This document shows, in pieces, positions 41,206 through 50,618 of a DNA stretch of 64,000 nucleotides. This DNA is from a candidate division WOR-3 bacterium UBA5631. Lineage in GTDB: Bacteria; Hydrothermota; Hydrothermia; UBA1063. The stretch's first letter is position 1. The number at the start of each line of letters is the position of its first letter. The position numbers and the translations under genes were made by a program. A model generated the notes under the pieces. The model saw only the letters and a program-made list of their open reading frames with translations. It searched no databases and was not told where the DNA came from. The DNA lies in NCBI GenBank assembly GCA_002421425.1, contig DIJZ01000020.1:825-64824 (forward strand). Direction: 5' to 3'.

Positions 41206-43068
41206 TTAATTATACTCAAAATGCTTGTCAGTGTCAAGAAGTAATTCAAACAATCTCCTGAGAAAACAAAAAAAGGCGGGGAATCTATCGCTGAAAACTG
41301 CTACATCTGAAACCAATAAGGAAAGACCAGAGGGAATGAACTTTTCAAAATATTTCTTTCCTTTAACCCTTGATAGATATCCGTATGCACCCAGAGCCTG
41401 CATGTGCCTCTGAATCCTCGTAAAGTTCAACTCTTTATATAAGTCCTCAGAAGAAAGATCTATACCCGATAATTCGGAGCAGTTGAGTATATATGAATTT
41501 ATTGCATCCTCTCTAATCTTGCTGGATACATCTGTGTATGGGTCAAACAGCAGGGATGCCAGGTCATAACTTCTTGGACCCCATCTGAGCCCTATGAAGT
41601 CCGTTACGCCCAGCTCCCCGTTTTGTCTAACCATCAAGTTCTGGCTCTGAAAATCTCTATGGAGAACTACATGCGGAAATTTCGAACATTCCACTGCAAT
41701 AGAGTCAAGTTCCTCCATAACCTCTTCAGGAACTTCCAGGCGCCCGTAGGGAAGTACAAAATTATTGATAAAATGAGCCTGTTCCCAGCGGAAATATTCC
41801 ACGTCAAATACAAAACTGCCGAAATCTTTTGATAAAGAAATAGTGGGACCCAGGGAGTGAAGTTGCGCAAGGATACGTGCGGCCTTTCTGTAATAATCTG
41901 GTGCGTTTTTCTGATTCGGAGGATATTTTAAAAATGTATACAAAGTGATATCTCCGAAGTCTTCCATCCAGATCAGGTTTCTTAAAACATCCACGTCGAG
42001 TATTTCCGGCACAGGAACCCCACAAAAACGAAGAAATTCTGACGCCTTAAGGTGCTTATTGAAATTTTCAACATCATCACCGTAATCGCACAAAATTATT
42101 CTCTTTCTACCCTGGAGTACTCTGAAAAATTTTCTGTCTGACCCACCATGTCCAATGGAATATTTGTTCCCGTGGCCACCCATAGCCAGAACTTCATCAA
42201 AGGAAAGTTCTCCAGACGGTGATAGGATCATGTTCTCGTAGCGCCCCACTCGTAGGCTGCTTCCTGGTAAGATTATTGCATTTCTGAAAAACGCCCTGCC
42301 CTCAATACGACACTCCCCTTCCATTATTAGAAATCCATCAAACTTAATATCAGGAAACTCCGGCTTACGCAAGTTCTGGAACAGGTTCTCACCCCTCTTC
42401 TTCAGCAAATAAAACACTGTGCGGGCATAACCTTCCGGAGTACCGATGTCAGACCAGAATACATCCCCAATATCGTATACACTCACTTTAAGACCTCTAT
42501 TGAGGGCGTCAAGCCAGATGGTTTTTGCATCGAGGAATTCGACAGTGAATTTCTCAAAAACATCTTTTTTGTAAACTGCTATCCCCGCAAATCCAGTTAA
42601 GCCTGTGTGTTCGTCAATCCCGGTAAACCTTTCATCCGAAACTACGAGGTTCCTCTTAGGAACGTTCCTGCTCACTGCGAGAGTAATATTAGACTCCGTT
42701 CTTAAGAAGAATTCGATTATCTCTCTAAGATCAGTTTCACAGTACACGTCTCCATTATGAACAAGAATTACGTTACTTCTAAAAAGACTGGACATATTGA
42801 CCAGCGCACCTCCAGTCCCGAGAATTTCCCGTTCCTCAATAAAAGTTAACTCATTTCCAGTAGAACAAAGGTGTTCTCGAATTACATTACCCATATAATG
42901 GAGGTTAACCAGAACCTGAGTGGGATTCAACTCTTCAATTTTTGAGTGAATCTTTTCAAAACAGGTCTCTCCGAGGATGGGAAGTAGTACTTTTGGGATC
43001 GAATAAGTAATTGGTCTGAGTCTCTCTCCCAGCCCTGCAGAAAGAATCACGGCATCAAAATTAGTCAT
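41206..43068 (-). CDS. Bifunctional MurNAc-1-P uridylyltransferase / anomeric MurNAc(GlcNAc) kinase (MurU-AmgK fusion)
   Basis: N-terminus AVILSAGLGERLRPIT is sugar-nucleotidyltransferase GxGxRL. The C-terminal half is an APH-like kinase (VLHRDFQSQNLMV, DFIGL). The start is taken at the internal MTNFDAVIL Met (43066-68). Confidence 0.65.
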   Translation of the reverse strand: MTNFDAVILSAGLGERLRPITYSIPKVLLPILGETCFEKIHSKIEELNPTQVLVNLHYMGNVIREHLCSTGNELTFIEEREILGTGGALVNMSSLFRSNVILVHNGDVYCETDLREIIEFFLRTESNITLAVSRNVPKRNLVVSDERFTGIDEHTGLTGFAGIAVYKKDVFEKFTVEFLDAKTIWLDALNRGLKVSVYDIGDVFWSDIGTPEGYARTVFYLLKKRGENLFQNLRKPEFPDIKFDGFLIMEGECRIEGRAFFRNAIILPGSSLRVGRYENMILSPSGELSFDEVLAMGGHGNKYSIGHGGSDRKFFRVLQGRKRIILCDYGDDVENFNKHLKASEFLRFCGVPVPEILDVDVLRNLIWMEDFGDITLYTFLKYPPNQKNAPDYYRKAARILAQLHSLGPTISLSKDFGSFVFDVEYFRWEQAHFINNFVLPYGRLEVPEEVMEELDSIAVECSKFPHVVLHRDFQSQNLMVRQNGELGVTDFIGLRWGPRSYDLASLLFDPYTDVSSKIREDAINSYILNCSELSGIDLSSEDLYKELNFTRIQRHMQALGAYGYLSRVKGKKYFEKFIPSGLSLLVSDVAVFSDRFPAFFCFLRRLFELLLDTDKHFEYN

Positions 43069-44233
43069 AAAGCAGAAAATCCTTACGTATGTTTTCGTTG
43101 AAACTTTCGCTTTGGGCTTGCCACCAGGCTTCCATCTCGTCCAGCTTTTCACGCCTCTCAAGTTTCAGTCGCAACTCATCGGTTCCCACAAGGATATCGA
43201 AGGGAAGCTTCACGTACTCGTACTCATAAGGGGGCTGCTTCCAGCGAAACTCTTGAGGGTAAAGCTCCATCATCGCCTTTATCACGGCAACCCCAATTTT
43301 AAAGGGCTTCACTTTTTCTTTGCTTAAGATGTGAATCTGCACTCCACCACACTTTTCGCCAGCAAATTTATTGAAAGTTGGGATAAAATAAAGGGGGCGA
43401 AACGTTGTGCCATCAAGCCCAAGGGTACTGAGATAGTCTGCAAGAGAAAAAGGCTCTATAAATGGTGCACCAAAGATTTCAAAGGGTCTCGTAGTACCCC
43501 TTCCCTCACTGATATTCGTGGCCTCAAGAAGACACATACCTGGGTACAAAATTGCCGTCTTCTCTGAAGGCATATTGGGCGATGGATTCACCCAATCAAG
43601 CCCTGTATCCTGCCAGAAATGTCTTCTACTCCACCCCTCCATTTTTATTACTCTCAATTCTAAGTCAGAAAGGTATTTGTGCTTGAAATAAGATGCAATT
43701 TCGCCAATAGTCATTCCATGTCTAACAGGCAGCGGCTTAAGGCCAACAAAAGAGGCAAATTCTTCTTTCAAAACCGGACCTTCAACAAGAGAACCTGAAA
43801 TTGGGTTTGGACGGTCTAGCACTACAATAAATTTGCCGCATTCCATGGCAGCTTCCATGGTGAGGTATAAAGACCAGATATAAGTATAATATCTTGACCC
43901 AACGTCCTGAAGGTCGACCACCACTCCATCAACCTCCAGAAGGACTTCAAGGGGCGGCTTCCTTGCCTTCCCGTAAAGGCTGTACACAGGAATGCCCGTC
44001 CTGAGATCACGATAACCTTCCCACTCTATCATATTGTCTTGCGTTTCACCAAAGAGGCCGTGCTGGGGAGCGAAAACGGATTTAACACTAACTTTTTCAA
44101 ACCCCAAAAACGCATCCAGAGTGCTCTTCAGATTACCAAGGTAAGAGGCAGAGTGAATGAGGAGTGCAACTCTCACTCCCTCAAATTCCGAAGGCCATTC
44201 TTTTTGAAACAGGTCCACACCCAGTTTAGTCAC
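43061..44233 (-). CDS. namZ: DUF1343 family exo-beta-N-acetylmuramidase (NamZ-like)
   Basis: 390 aa; the call is based on family-level resemblance to DUF1343. 8 nt overlap with the upstream gene. Confidence 0.55.
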   Translation of the reverse strand: MTKLGVDLFQKEWPSEFEGVRVALLIHSASYLGNLKSTLDAFLGFEKVSVKSVFAPQHGLFGETQDNMIEWEGYRDLRTGIPVYSLYGKARKPPLEVLLEVDGVVVDLQDVGSRYYTYIWSLYLTMEAAMECGKFIVVLDRPNPISGSLVEGPVLKEEFASFVGLKPLPVRHGMTIGEIASYFKHKYLSDLELRVIKMEGWSRRHFWQDTGLDWVNPSPNMPSEKTAILYPGMCLLEATNISEGRGTTRPFEIFGAPFIEPFSLADYLSTLGLDGTTFRPLYFIPTFNKFAGEKCGGVQIHILSKEKVKPFKIGVAVIKAMMELYPQEFRWKQPPYEYEYVKLPFDILVGTDELRLKLERREKLDEMEAWWQAQSESFNENIRKDFLLYD

Positions 44234-44903
44234 AGAGAGACCTCTCCTTGAAAAAAGAACAAATGGCTTTTAAAGGGCAGCCAGGGCAGTCTGGGTCTCT
44301 TTTTGTGCAGTGAGTCTTCCCCAGGCGCACAAGTAGCGCATGATACTCATTGAACTTCATAACATCGTGATCCAGATTTTCCATAAAAAAACGCTGGACT
44401 TCCTGATAAGAAAGGTCTGAACCTTCGAAAATCCCCAACCTGGAAAAAATTCTCCGCGTATAAGCATCTACAACGAAAATTGGCTTACCAAAGGCGTAAA
44501 GAGCTATGGAATCCGCCGTTTCAGGCCCAATTCCATCAATTTCAAGAAGCCTGCCCCTCAGCTCCTGGATGCCCATCCTTTTAAACCTTTCAATACCACC
44601 CGAATCGACCAGCGCCTTTATCAATTCTTTCAGCCTCGCAGCCTTTATCCGGTAAAAACCGCTGGGCCTTATCAGTTTTGCAAGTTCTTCAACGGAAATT
44701 TTATGCAACGAATCCAGGTCCAGAAGACCTGCTTCCTTTAGGTTCCATATTGCCCTTTCAACGTTTCTCCACGATGTGTTCTGAGTAAGGACAGCTCCTA
44801 CGATAATTTCAAGTTCCCCGTCCCCAGGCCACCAGTGTTGAGGTCCGAAGCGAGAATAAAGAAGTGAAAAGACCTTCTCAAGAATCTCCCTCATCTTCTT
44901 CAT
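44226..44903 (-). CDS. HhH-GPD superfamily DNA glycosylase with [4Fe-4S] FCL motif (EndoIII/MagIII-like)
   Basis: LTQNTSWRNVERA and CTKRDPDCPGCPLKAIC (C-x6-C-x2-C-x5-C). Start uncertain within 44894-44951. Confidence 0.6.
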   Translation of the reverse strand: MKKMREILEKVFSLLYSRFGPQHWWPGDGELEIIVGAVLTQNTSWRNVERAIWNLKEAGLLDLDSLHKISVEELAKLIRPSGFYRIKAARLKELIKALVDSGGIERFKRMGIQELRGRLLEIDGIGPETADSIALYAFGKPIFVVDAYTRRIFSRLGIFEGSDLSYQEVQRFFMENLDHDVMKFNEYHALLVRLGKTHCTKRDPDCPGCPLKAICSFFKERSLCD

Positions 44904-45807
44904 AATCGAGGAGACTTTCACCTTCCACAATATCGTAAAGCCCCGATACAAGTTCGCCCAAAAAACCCATAAGGAAGAAAATAAGACCAGAAATGAGCAA
45001 AAACATTACCAGGTAAAGCAATGGCCTATAGCCAAAATGCTTGAAAATTCTCAGATACAAAGCGACAACTCCTGCAAGTACACCAAGAACAAGCGATGCA
45101 AGACCGAGTCCACCGAAGAAGAACATCGGTTTTCTTCTAAAAGTAATTAAGAATTTCACAGATATAAGATCAAAGACACCCACCAGTACCCTTCCCACAC
45201 CTCTGTACTTACTTACACCATGCATCCTTGGCCTGAGAATAACTCTCTCTTCTCCTACCCTGAAGCCCAGTTCCTTTGCCCATGGAATAATATAGCGGTG
45301 CCAATCTTTACGAAGTGGAAGGAGTTCGAGCACTTCGCGCCTCATAACCTTTATGCTATTCATATCGTGGATTTTGATGCCGAACAACATTCGCACAAGG
45401 AAGTTATATATACTGGATACCACTTTCTTCTCATATTTACCAAGTTTCCAACCTGCCACGAGATCTAATCCATCGGTCTCAATCCTGGAAACCATCCTTT
45501 CCACGTCCTCGAGCGTGAATTGGAGGTCGGCAGGGAAAAAGGCCACAAGGGGCGCCTCAGAGTGCTTCAGGGCAGTTTTAAGTGCGTGAGTAACGCCAAG
45601 ATTTCTTCTGTGGCGGAAATACTTGACATTTCTATATTCCGGCACCAGGCGCTTCAACTCTTCATAAGTTCCATCGGTAGATCCGTCGTCTACGATAATC
45701 ATTTCCCAATCAACATGCCGCCTTTCAACAAAGCCCTTGAAATAGTCAAGTAAGGGCCTGATGTTGTCCCGTTCGTCCTTTGCAGGAACCAGAATTGAAA
45801 GTCTCAT
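44878..45807 (-). CDS. GT2 polyprenyl-phosphate glycosyltransferase (GtrB/DPM1-like) with 2 C-terminal TM helices
   Basis: LSILVPAKDERDNI...IIVDDGSTDGT, and a C-terminal double TM helix. Confidence 0.75.
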   Translation of the reverse strand: MRLSILVPAKDERDNIRPLLDYFKGFVERRHVDWEMIIVDDGSTDGTYEELKRLVPEYRNVKYFRHRRNLGVTHALKTALKHSEAPLVAFFPADLQFTLEDVERMVSRIETDGLDLVAGWKLGKYEKKVVSSIYNFLVRMLFGIKIHDMNSIKVMRREVLELLPLRKDWHRYIIPWAKELGFRVGEERVILRPRMHGVSKYRGVGRVLVGVFDLISVKFLITFRRKPMFFFGGLGLASLVLGVLAGVVALYLRIFKHFGYRPLLYLVMFLLISGLIFFLMGFLGELVSGLYDIVEGESLLDYEEDEGDS

Positions 45808-45871
45808 GCTTCAATTATACATTCAACGGAAAGCCAATGCAACGAAAATTTCAGGTTTTTTCGATGTCATC

Positions 45872-46786
45872 CTATTTTTCCCTGAGTCGTCCTTTTTCAA
45901 AAAAGGCGAAAGCAAAAAGGAATAATATAAAATCACCAAGCACAAGAGCTACTCTTGTTAGGATTGAAAAAGCAGATGCAACCTCTCCGCTGTATGTACC
46001 TCTGAGGAGAGTCATAAGAATTGACTCCCTGACGCCAAGGCCGGCAGGTGCAATAATGGTCAGATATCCAAGAATCCAGGAGATAGGGTAAGTTGTTACT
46101 GAATCCAGAAGGCTTACCCGAATAGAGGACCCCTGAATCATTACCCAGAAGGAGACGCCGGTTAGTATCCAGAGCACGAAGTATAAAACAAAAACAACAA
46201 GGTTTCTCCTTAGGTTGAGGTTTATTCTGGATAGATCCATTTCCACTTTTCTCAGACGCGCGTACAATTTTAAGAAGAACTTAATAAAAGAAGGGTGCTG
46301 AAGGGTAAGAAGTACAAGAAAAAGCAAAGAAGCATATAAAAGCCAAAGCTGAGATACATTGCCGCGCAAAAAAAATCTAATGAAAAACACCATAATAGCT
46401 GCTGCACTGGAAATTATCACTTCAAGGAAAACGGTCGTTAGTGTAATTTCGGGTTTTATTTTCTTGGTTAGAGCAACTCTCCCGACGAACTGCCACACTT
46501 TACCAGGGATGTACTTTCCTACATTAGAGTAAATCCAGGAGATAATTGAAGTCTTCAGAGGAAGTTCATACCCAAATCCCTGGACTATGTACCTCCACAC
46601 AAAGGGATAGGCAGATATTATGAAAGCCAGCATAAGTAAGCCTGCGCAAAGACACAGAGGTTTCAATGTTAGGAAAGTATCGCTAAAGGCTTTAGCATTC
46701 CTGACAAGAGGTGAAGCAACATAGTAGAAAAGAAACAGAACTAAAAGAACCTGTGCTACTCTAAGTAGAATTACCTTTGCGCTCAT
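45872..46786 (-). CDS. Polytopic membrane protein, flippase-like (UPF0104/LPG-synthase TM-like)
   Basis: 8-9 predicted TM helices; no soluble domain. Confidence 0.4.
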   Translation of the reverse strand: MSAKVILLRVAQVLLVLFLFYYVASPLVRNAKAFSDTFLTLKPLCLCAGLLMLAFIISAYPFVWRYIVQGFGYELPLKTSIISWIYSNVGKYIPGKVWQFVGRVALTKKIKPEITLTTVFLEVIISSAAAIMVFFIRFFLRGNVSQLWLLYASLLFLVLLTLQHPSFIKFFLKLYARLRKVEMDLSRINLNLRRNLVVFVLYFVLWILTGVSFWVMIQGSSIRVSLLDSVTTYPISWILGYLTIIAPAGLGVRESILMTLLRGTYSGEVASAFSILTRVALVLGDFILFLFAFAFFEKGRLREK

Positions 46787-49188
46787 CAGGGTTTTCTTAT
46801 AACCAGTACCAGGGCGAACAGAGATATCAAAAATCCTGCAGCAGATAGCGCAAATCCAACTTTGTGGAAAATTGAATCAAACTTCATCAAAATTGTGTGT
46901 TCTCCTGCAGGGCAATATACGGCTCTGAAGGCGTAGTTTGCAGTGTACACTTCCGTTTGCTTGCCATCAATGTAGCATTTCCAGCCAGGATGATAGTTTT
47001 CAGAAAACACGACAAATCCCGCTTTGGGAAGGTCTACTTTCACGTCAATTCTATTTGCATCATATCTTGTAAGTTCAATTACTGGACTTCCCGCTTGCGT
47101 AGCCGCTGAAACGGGAATTCGGGGATCTTTTTCCAGAAAAACGAAACTTTTCAGAGAATCTGAGGGTAGCACCTTCAACATCGCCAGGATTGAATCCGGA
47201 GGAAGAACTCTGTACGCCTCAGCAAAGTACACCCTCCCAAGATTACTGGAGTTTTCATAAAGGGCAAATTGCCCCAGGGGCGATACCAGTCTGAAATTCC
47301 CCAGATACTGGATCCACTCCCTTATAGCCTTTCTTGTAGCCTCATCGTACCTTAAAGTATCGATTATCTGGAAGTTATAAGCAATTACATATTTAACATC
47401 CAGGAGATTTAGCATCTCCGGGTGTGAAATTAGGTTCTGCGGGTTGAACATCACGCTCTGCCCAGCCCCAATAAATTCCTGATACCTCCTTGGTGGAGAA
47501 CTTGTATACCCTCCAATAGAGCTAACTCTATGTATTATTAGTGTCCCATCGTTGGCCCTCGGGTACATAAGGGGAAAGATTCTGAAAATACCTGCTTCGT
47601 TCTTAATTGTTTTTATCACAGGATCTTCTCCATACATTTCATCCATGCTGCGTCCCGTATCAACAATGAAATTTCTATTCACAAGATACAGGTCAAGGAA
47701 AACGAGCAAGGATAGCCCTATGGATAAAGAAAGTGCCTCTCTTCTTTTCTTTGAAATAACCACAAGAATCGCATATGCAAGTCCTGCAATGACCAATGAA
47801 AGTAAATAGGATCCGAGAAGTTTCCCGTACCCTTCACCAAGAATGAATATTTTGTCCTTCACATTGCCTGCATCCTTTGCTCTTTGAAGCATTCCAGAAA
47901 ACATACTTATTATTCCACTCTTGAACATCAATAGAATAAGAAATAGTACAGAAAATGCACCCAGGAGATAGAGACCTTCTTTCACGAGCTTTTTTAATTC
48001 TAACTCACCCCTCAAAACACCTTTTATACAAATAGAAGCCAGTATGACCGATATATAATTAAAGATAAAAAACATTAAACTTGGAGCTCTAAACCTTTTT
48101 ACCATCGGAAGAACATAATAGAAAATTTTATAGAAAGGCGTAAAACCTCCCCACACGTAAAGGAGCACAAATACGGCATAAATTGTCAAAAATCTTACCA
48201 GCTTATCTTTCTTCATTTTCGTTACTATCGTCGTCAGAGCGAGGAAGAGTGTAATTATTCCCATATACTCTGTGTGCAGCTTGAAATAGTTTCTTCCCCA
48301 GTATTCATCAAGAATTCCTGAAAAACGGGGCGTAATTAAATTGAGAATTTCCTCGGGAGGCATTGACCAGCTCACCGCATATTCATATCCCCTCTCAGCA
48401 CCCCTCGCAGTGAAAGGCAAATTTTCAAAGACAGGGAGCAGGTAAAAACTGTACATTAGTGCCGCAACTAACCCTCCAAGAACTGAATATAGGGCATAAA
48501 TATAGAATTTTTTGCTTTTCAGGTTGTTTCCCTGAGTGATGTTGTAAAAAACGAAGAAGCATATCAAAAACAAGACTCCATAGTAAGTCATTTGAGGATG
48601 TCCGTTCAAAAACGAGAATCCTACCGCCGCACCCATTAACAAAAAATACCCCAGCTTGCCTGAGTCAATACCTTTAACAAGGAGAGCAAGATATAAAGGC
48701 AGGAGTGCCATGCTGGTCAGACGGCCCAGATGTCCAGCATAAGTCGTGGAGACAAGAACGCCAGAAAATCCATACATTACTCCACCAATTAAGGCTGTAA
48801 GGTCATCTTTCAGGAATTCTCTCAGAAAAAAGTAAGTAGAAATCCCCGCAATGGTTATCATAAATATAAAACCAAGAACGTGCGATATGTGCACTGGAAA
48901 TACAAAAGTACTCAAGAACCTGAGAGTCAAGATTTCAGGGAAAAAAGCTCCAATTGTAGGCATCCCGGAGAAGACATAAATATTCCAGAAAGGAAGTGAA
49001 TGATTCGCTTTAATGTAATCCCTCATAAAAACCCAGTTTGCGTATCCTCCATTCAGCCAGTCAGTACCCATTAGATTTTTTGATGGTGAGAGAAAAGCAA
49101 CATACAACACAAGTGAAAGGGTTAAATAGGCAAGAAATACTACGTACGGCTTCAACTTGAAAACCTTCTCCTGAACAGTTCGTGCCAT
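46786..49188 (-). CDS. YfhO-like GT-C fold membrane glycosyltransferase
   Basis: 800 aa with many N-terminal TM helices and a large C-terminal extracytoplasmic domain, ending in a C-terminal TM helix. Size and architecture match YfhO. Confidence 0.5.
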   Translation of the reverse strand: MARTVQEKVFKLKPYVVFLAYLTLSLVLYVAFLSPSKNLMGTDWLNGGYANWVFMRDYIKANHSLPFWNIYVFSGMPTIGAFFPEILTLRFLSTFVFPVHISHVLGFIFMITIAGISTYFFLREFLKDDLTALIGGVMYGFSGVLVSTTYAGHLGRLTSMALLPLYLALLVKGIDSGKLGYFLLMGAAVGFSFLNGHPQMTYYGVLFLICFFVFYNITQGNNLKSKKFYIYALYSVLGGLVAALMYSFYLLPVFENLPFTARGAERGYEYAVSWSMPPEEILNLITPRFSGILDEYWGRNYFKLHTEYMGIITLFLALTTIVTKMKKDKLVRFLTIYAVFVLLYVWGGFTPFYKIFYYVLPMVKRFRAPSLMFFIFNYISVILASICIKGVLRGELELKKLVKEGLYLLGAFSVLFLILLMFKSGIISMFSGMLQRAKDAGNVKDKIFILGEGYGKLLGSYLLSLVIAGLAYAILVVISKKRREALSLSIGLSLLVFLDLYLVNRNFIVDTGRSMDEMYGEDPVIKTIKNEAGIFRIFPLMYPRANDGTLIIHRVSSIGGYTSSPPRRYQEFIGAGQSVMFNPQNLISHPEMLNLLDVKYVIAYNFQIIDTLRYDEATRKAIREWIQYLGNFRLVSPLGQFALYENSSNLGRVYFAEAYRVLPPDSILAMLKVLPSDSLKSFVFLEKDPRIPVSAATQAGSPVIELTRYDANRIDVKVDLPKAGFVVFSENYHPGWKCYIDGKQTEVYTANYAFRAVYCPAGEHTILMKFDSIFHKVGFALSAAGFLISLFALVLVIRKP

Positions 49189-49206
49189 TGTTTCCTCCTC
49201 AGGGTA

Positions 49207-49235
49207 ATAATAAAGATGGTGCTTTGACTATTCAA
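49207..49235 (-). promoter_or_regulatory. Sigma70-like promoter for the minus-strand envelope/pilus mega-operon
   Basis: Minus strand: TTGAAT (rc of 49230-35), 17 nt spacer, TATTAT (rc of 49207-12), GAGGAGG, then the ATG at 49188. Confidence 0.4.
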
Positions 49236-49252
49236 ACCCTCCGATTTATAAT
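49224..49252 (+). promoter_or_regulatory. Near-consensus sigma70 promoter of the aminotransferase operon
   Basis: TTGACT (49224-29), 17 nt spacer, TATAAT (49247-52). AAAGGAGG SD, then the ATG at 49277. It is back-to-back with the divergent promoter. Confidence 0.55.
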
Positions 49253-49276
49253 TGCTTATCAATTAAAGGAGGTAAA

Positions 49277-50599
49277 ATGGCCTTAAAACCTGAATTAAAA
49301 ACTTCCCTTCCTGGACCACGAGCCAAAGAACTCTTGAAGAAAGACGAAGACTTTATATCACCTTCCTATACAAGAAGCTATCCAGCAGTCATTGAAAAAG
49401 GAAACGGTGTTTGGGTGTATGATGTGGATGGTAACCGATTCCTCGATATGGCTGCAGGGATTGCTGTACTTACAACAGGTCACTGCCACCCCGAGGTCGT
49501 AAAAGCAGTTCAAGAGCAGGCAGCAAAACTAATACATATGTCAGGAACTGATTTCTATTATCCCTATCAAATAGAACTCGCAGAAAAACTCGCTGAGATT
49601 GCTCCAGGATCCAAAAACAAAAGGGTTTTCTTCTCCAATTCAGGCACTGAAGCAAATGAGGCAGCTTTAAAACTTGCAAGGTACAAGACGAGAAGGCCAA
49701 TTTTTGTTGCCTTCTTTGGTGCCTTTCATGGAAGAACCTTTGGTTCTATGAGTATTTCTGCGTCTAAGGCGATACACAGGAGGCACTTTAGCCCCTTGGT
49801 GCCCCAGGTGGTTCATGTGCCCTACCCCAATCCTTACAGACCATTTTTTGGAGTGGCTCCAGAAAAGCTCACCGATACACTGCTTGACTACATCGAAAAC
49901 TACGTTTTTAATACCATTGCACCACCTGAGGATGTCGCTGCCTTCATTTTTGAGCCGGTTCAGGGTGAAGGAGGCTACGTAGTACCTCCACAGGATTTCT
50001 TCCCAAAGCTCAAGAATCTGGCCGAAAAATTCGAGATTCTTCTTATAGATGACGAAGTCCAGGCCGGGATGGGACGGACGGGAAGAATGTTTGCCATCGA
50101 ACACTTTGATATAATTCCCGATATAGTTACCTTAGCAAAAGGAATTGCATCGGGATTCCCCCTTGGAGCTACAATTGCGAAAAAATCGTTGATGGACTGG
50201 GAATCAGGTACCCATGCCAGTACCTTCGGAGGCAACCCCGTTTCCTGTGTTGCAGCTCTCAAGACTATTGAGCTTCTCGAAAGGGGCCTTGTGGAAAACG
50301 CCAGGGTCGTTGGAGGATACCTGAAGGAAAAATTGTTGGAATTGAAGGAAGAGTTTGAGTTTATTGGGGATGTGAGAGGGCTGGGACTTATGATTGGAGT
50401 GGAGATTGTAAAAGACAAGACCTCCAAAACCCCCGATGCAAAACTCAGGAATAAGATCGTAGATGAGGCATTCTACAAAGGGCTTTTGCTCCTCGGTGCA
50501 GGACCGAACACGGTGAGATGGTGCCCTGCACTTGTTGTAACAAAGGAAGAGCTTGATGTAGCACTCGAAATCTTTAGAGATGTCTTGAAAAAAATATGA
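49277..50599 (+). CDS. Class III PLP-dependent aminotransferase (GABA/ornithine/acetylornithine-type)
   Basis: 440 aa with LIDDEVQAGMGRTGRMFA and the PLP lysine in TLAKGIASGFPLGA. Confidence 0.8.
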   Translation: MALKPELKTSLPGPRAKELLKKDEDFISPSYTRSYPAVIEKGNGVWVYDVDGNRFLDMAAGIAVLTTGHCHPEVVKAVQEQAAKLIHMSGTDFYYPYQIELAEKLAEIAPGSKNKRVFFSNSGTEANEAALKLARYKTRRPIFVAFFGAFHGRTFGSMSISASKAIHRRHFSPLVPQVVHVPYPNPYRPFFGVAPEKLTDTLLDYIENYVFNTIAPPEDVAAFIFEPVQGEGGYVVPPQDFFPKLKNLAEKFEILLIDDEVQAGMGRTGRMFAIEHFDIIPDIVTLAKGIASGFPLGATIAKKSLMDWESGTHASTFGGNPVSCVAALKTIELLERGLVENARVVGGYLKEKLLELKEEFEFIGDVRGLGLMIGVEIVKDKTSKTPDAKLRNKIVDEAFYKGLLLLGAGPNTVRWCPALVVTKEELDVALEIFRDVLKKI

Positions 50600-50618
50600 T
50601 GAAGAGGAGGTACCCGTA

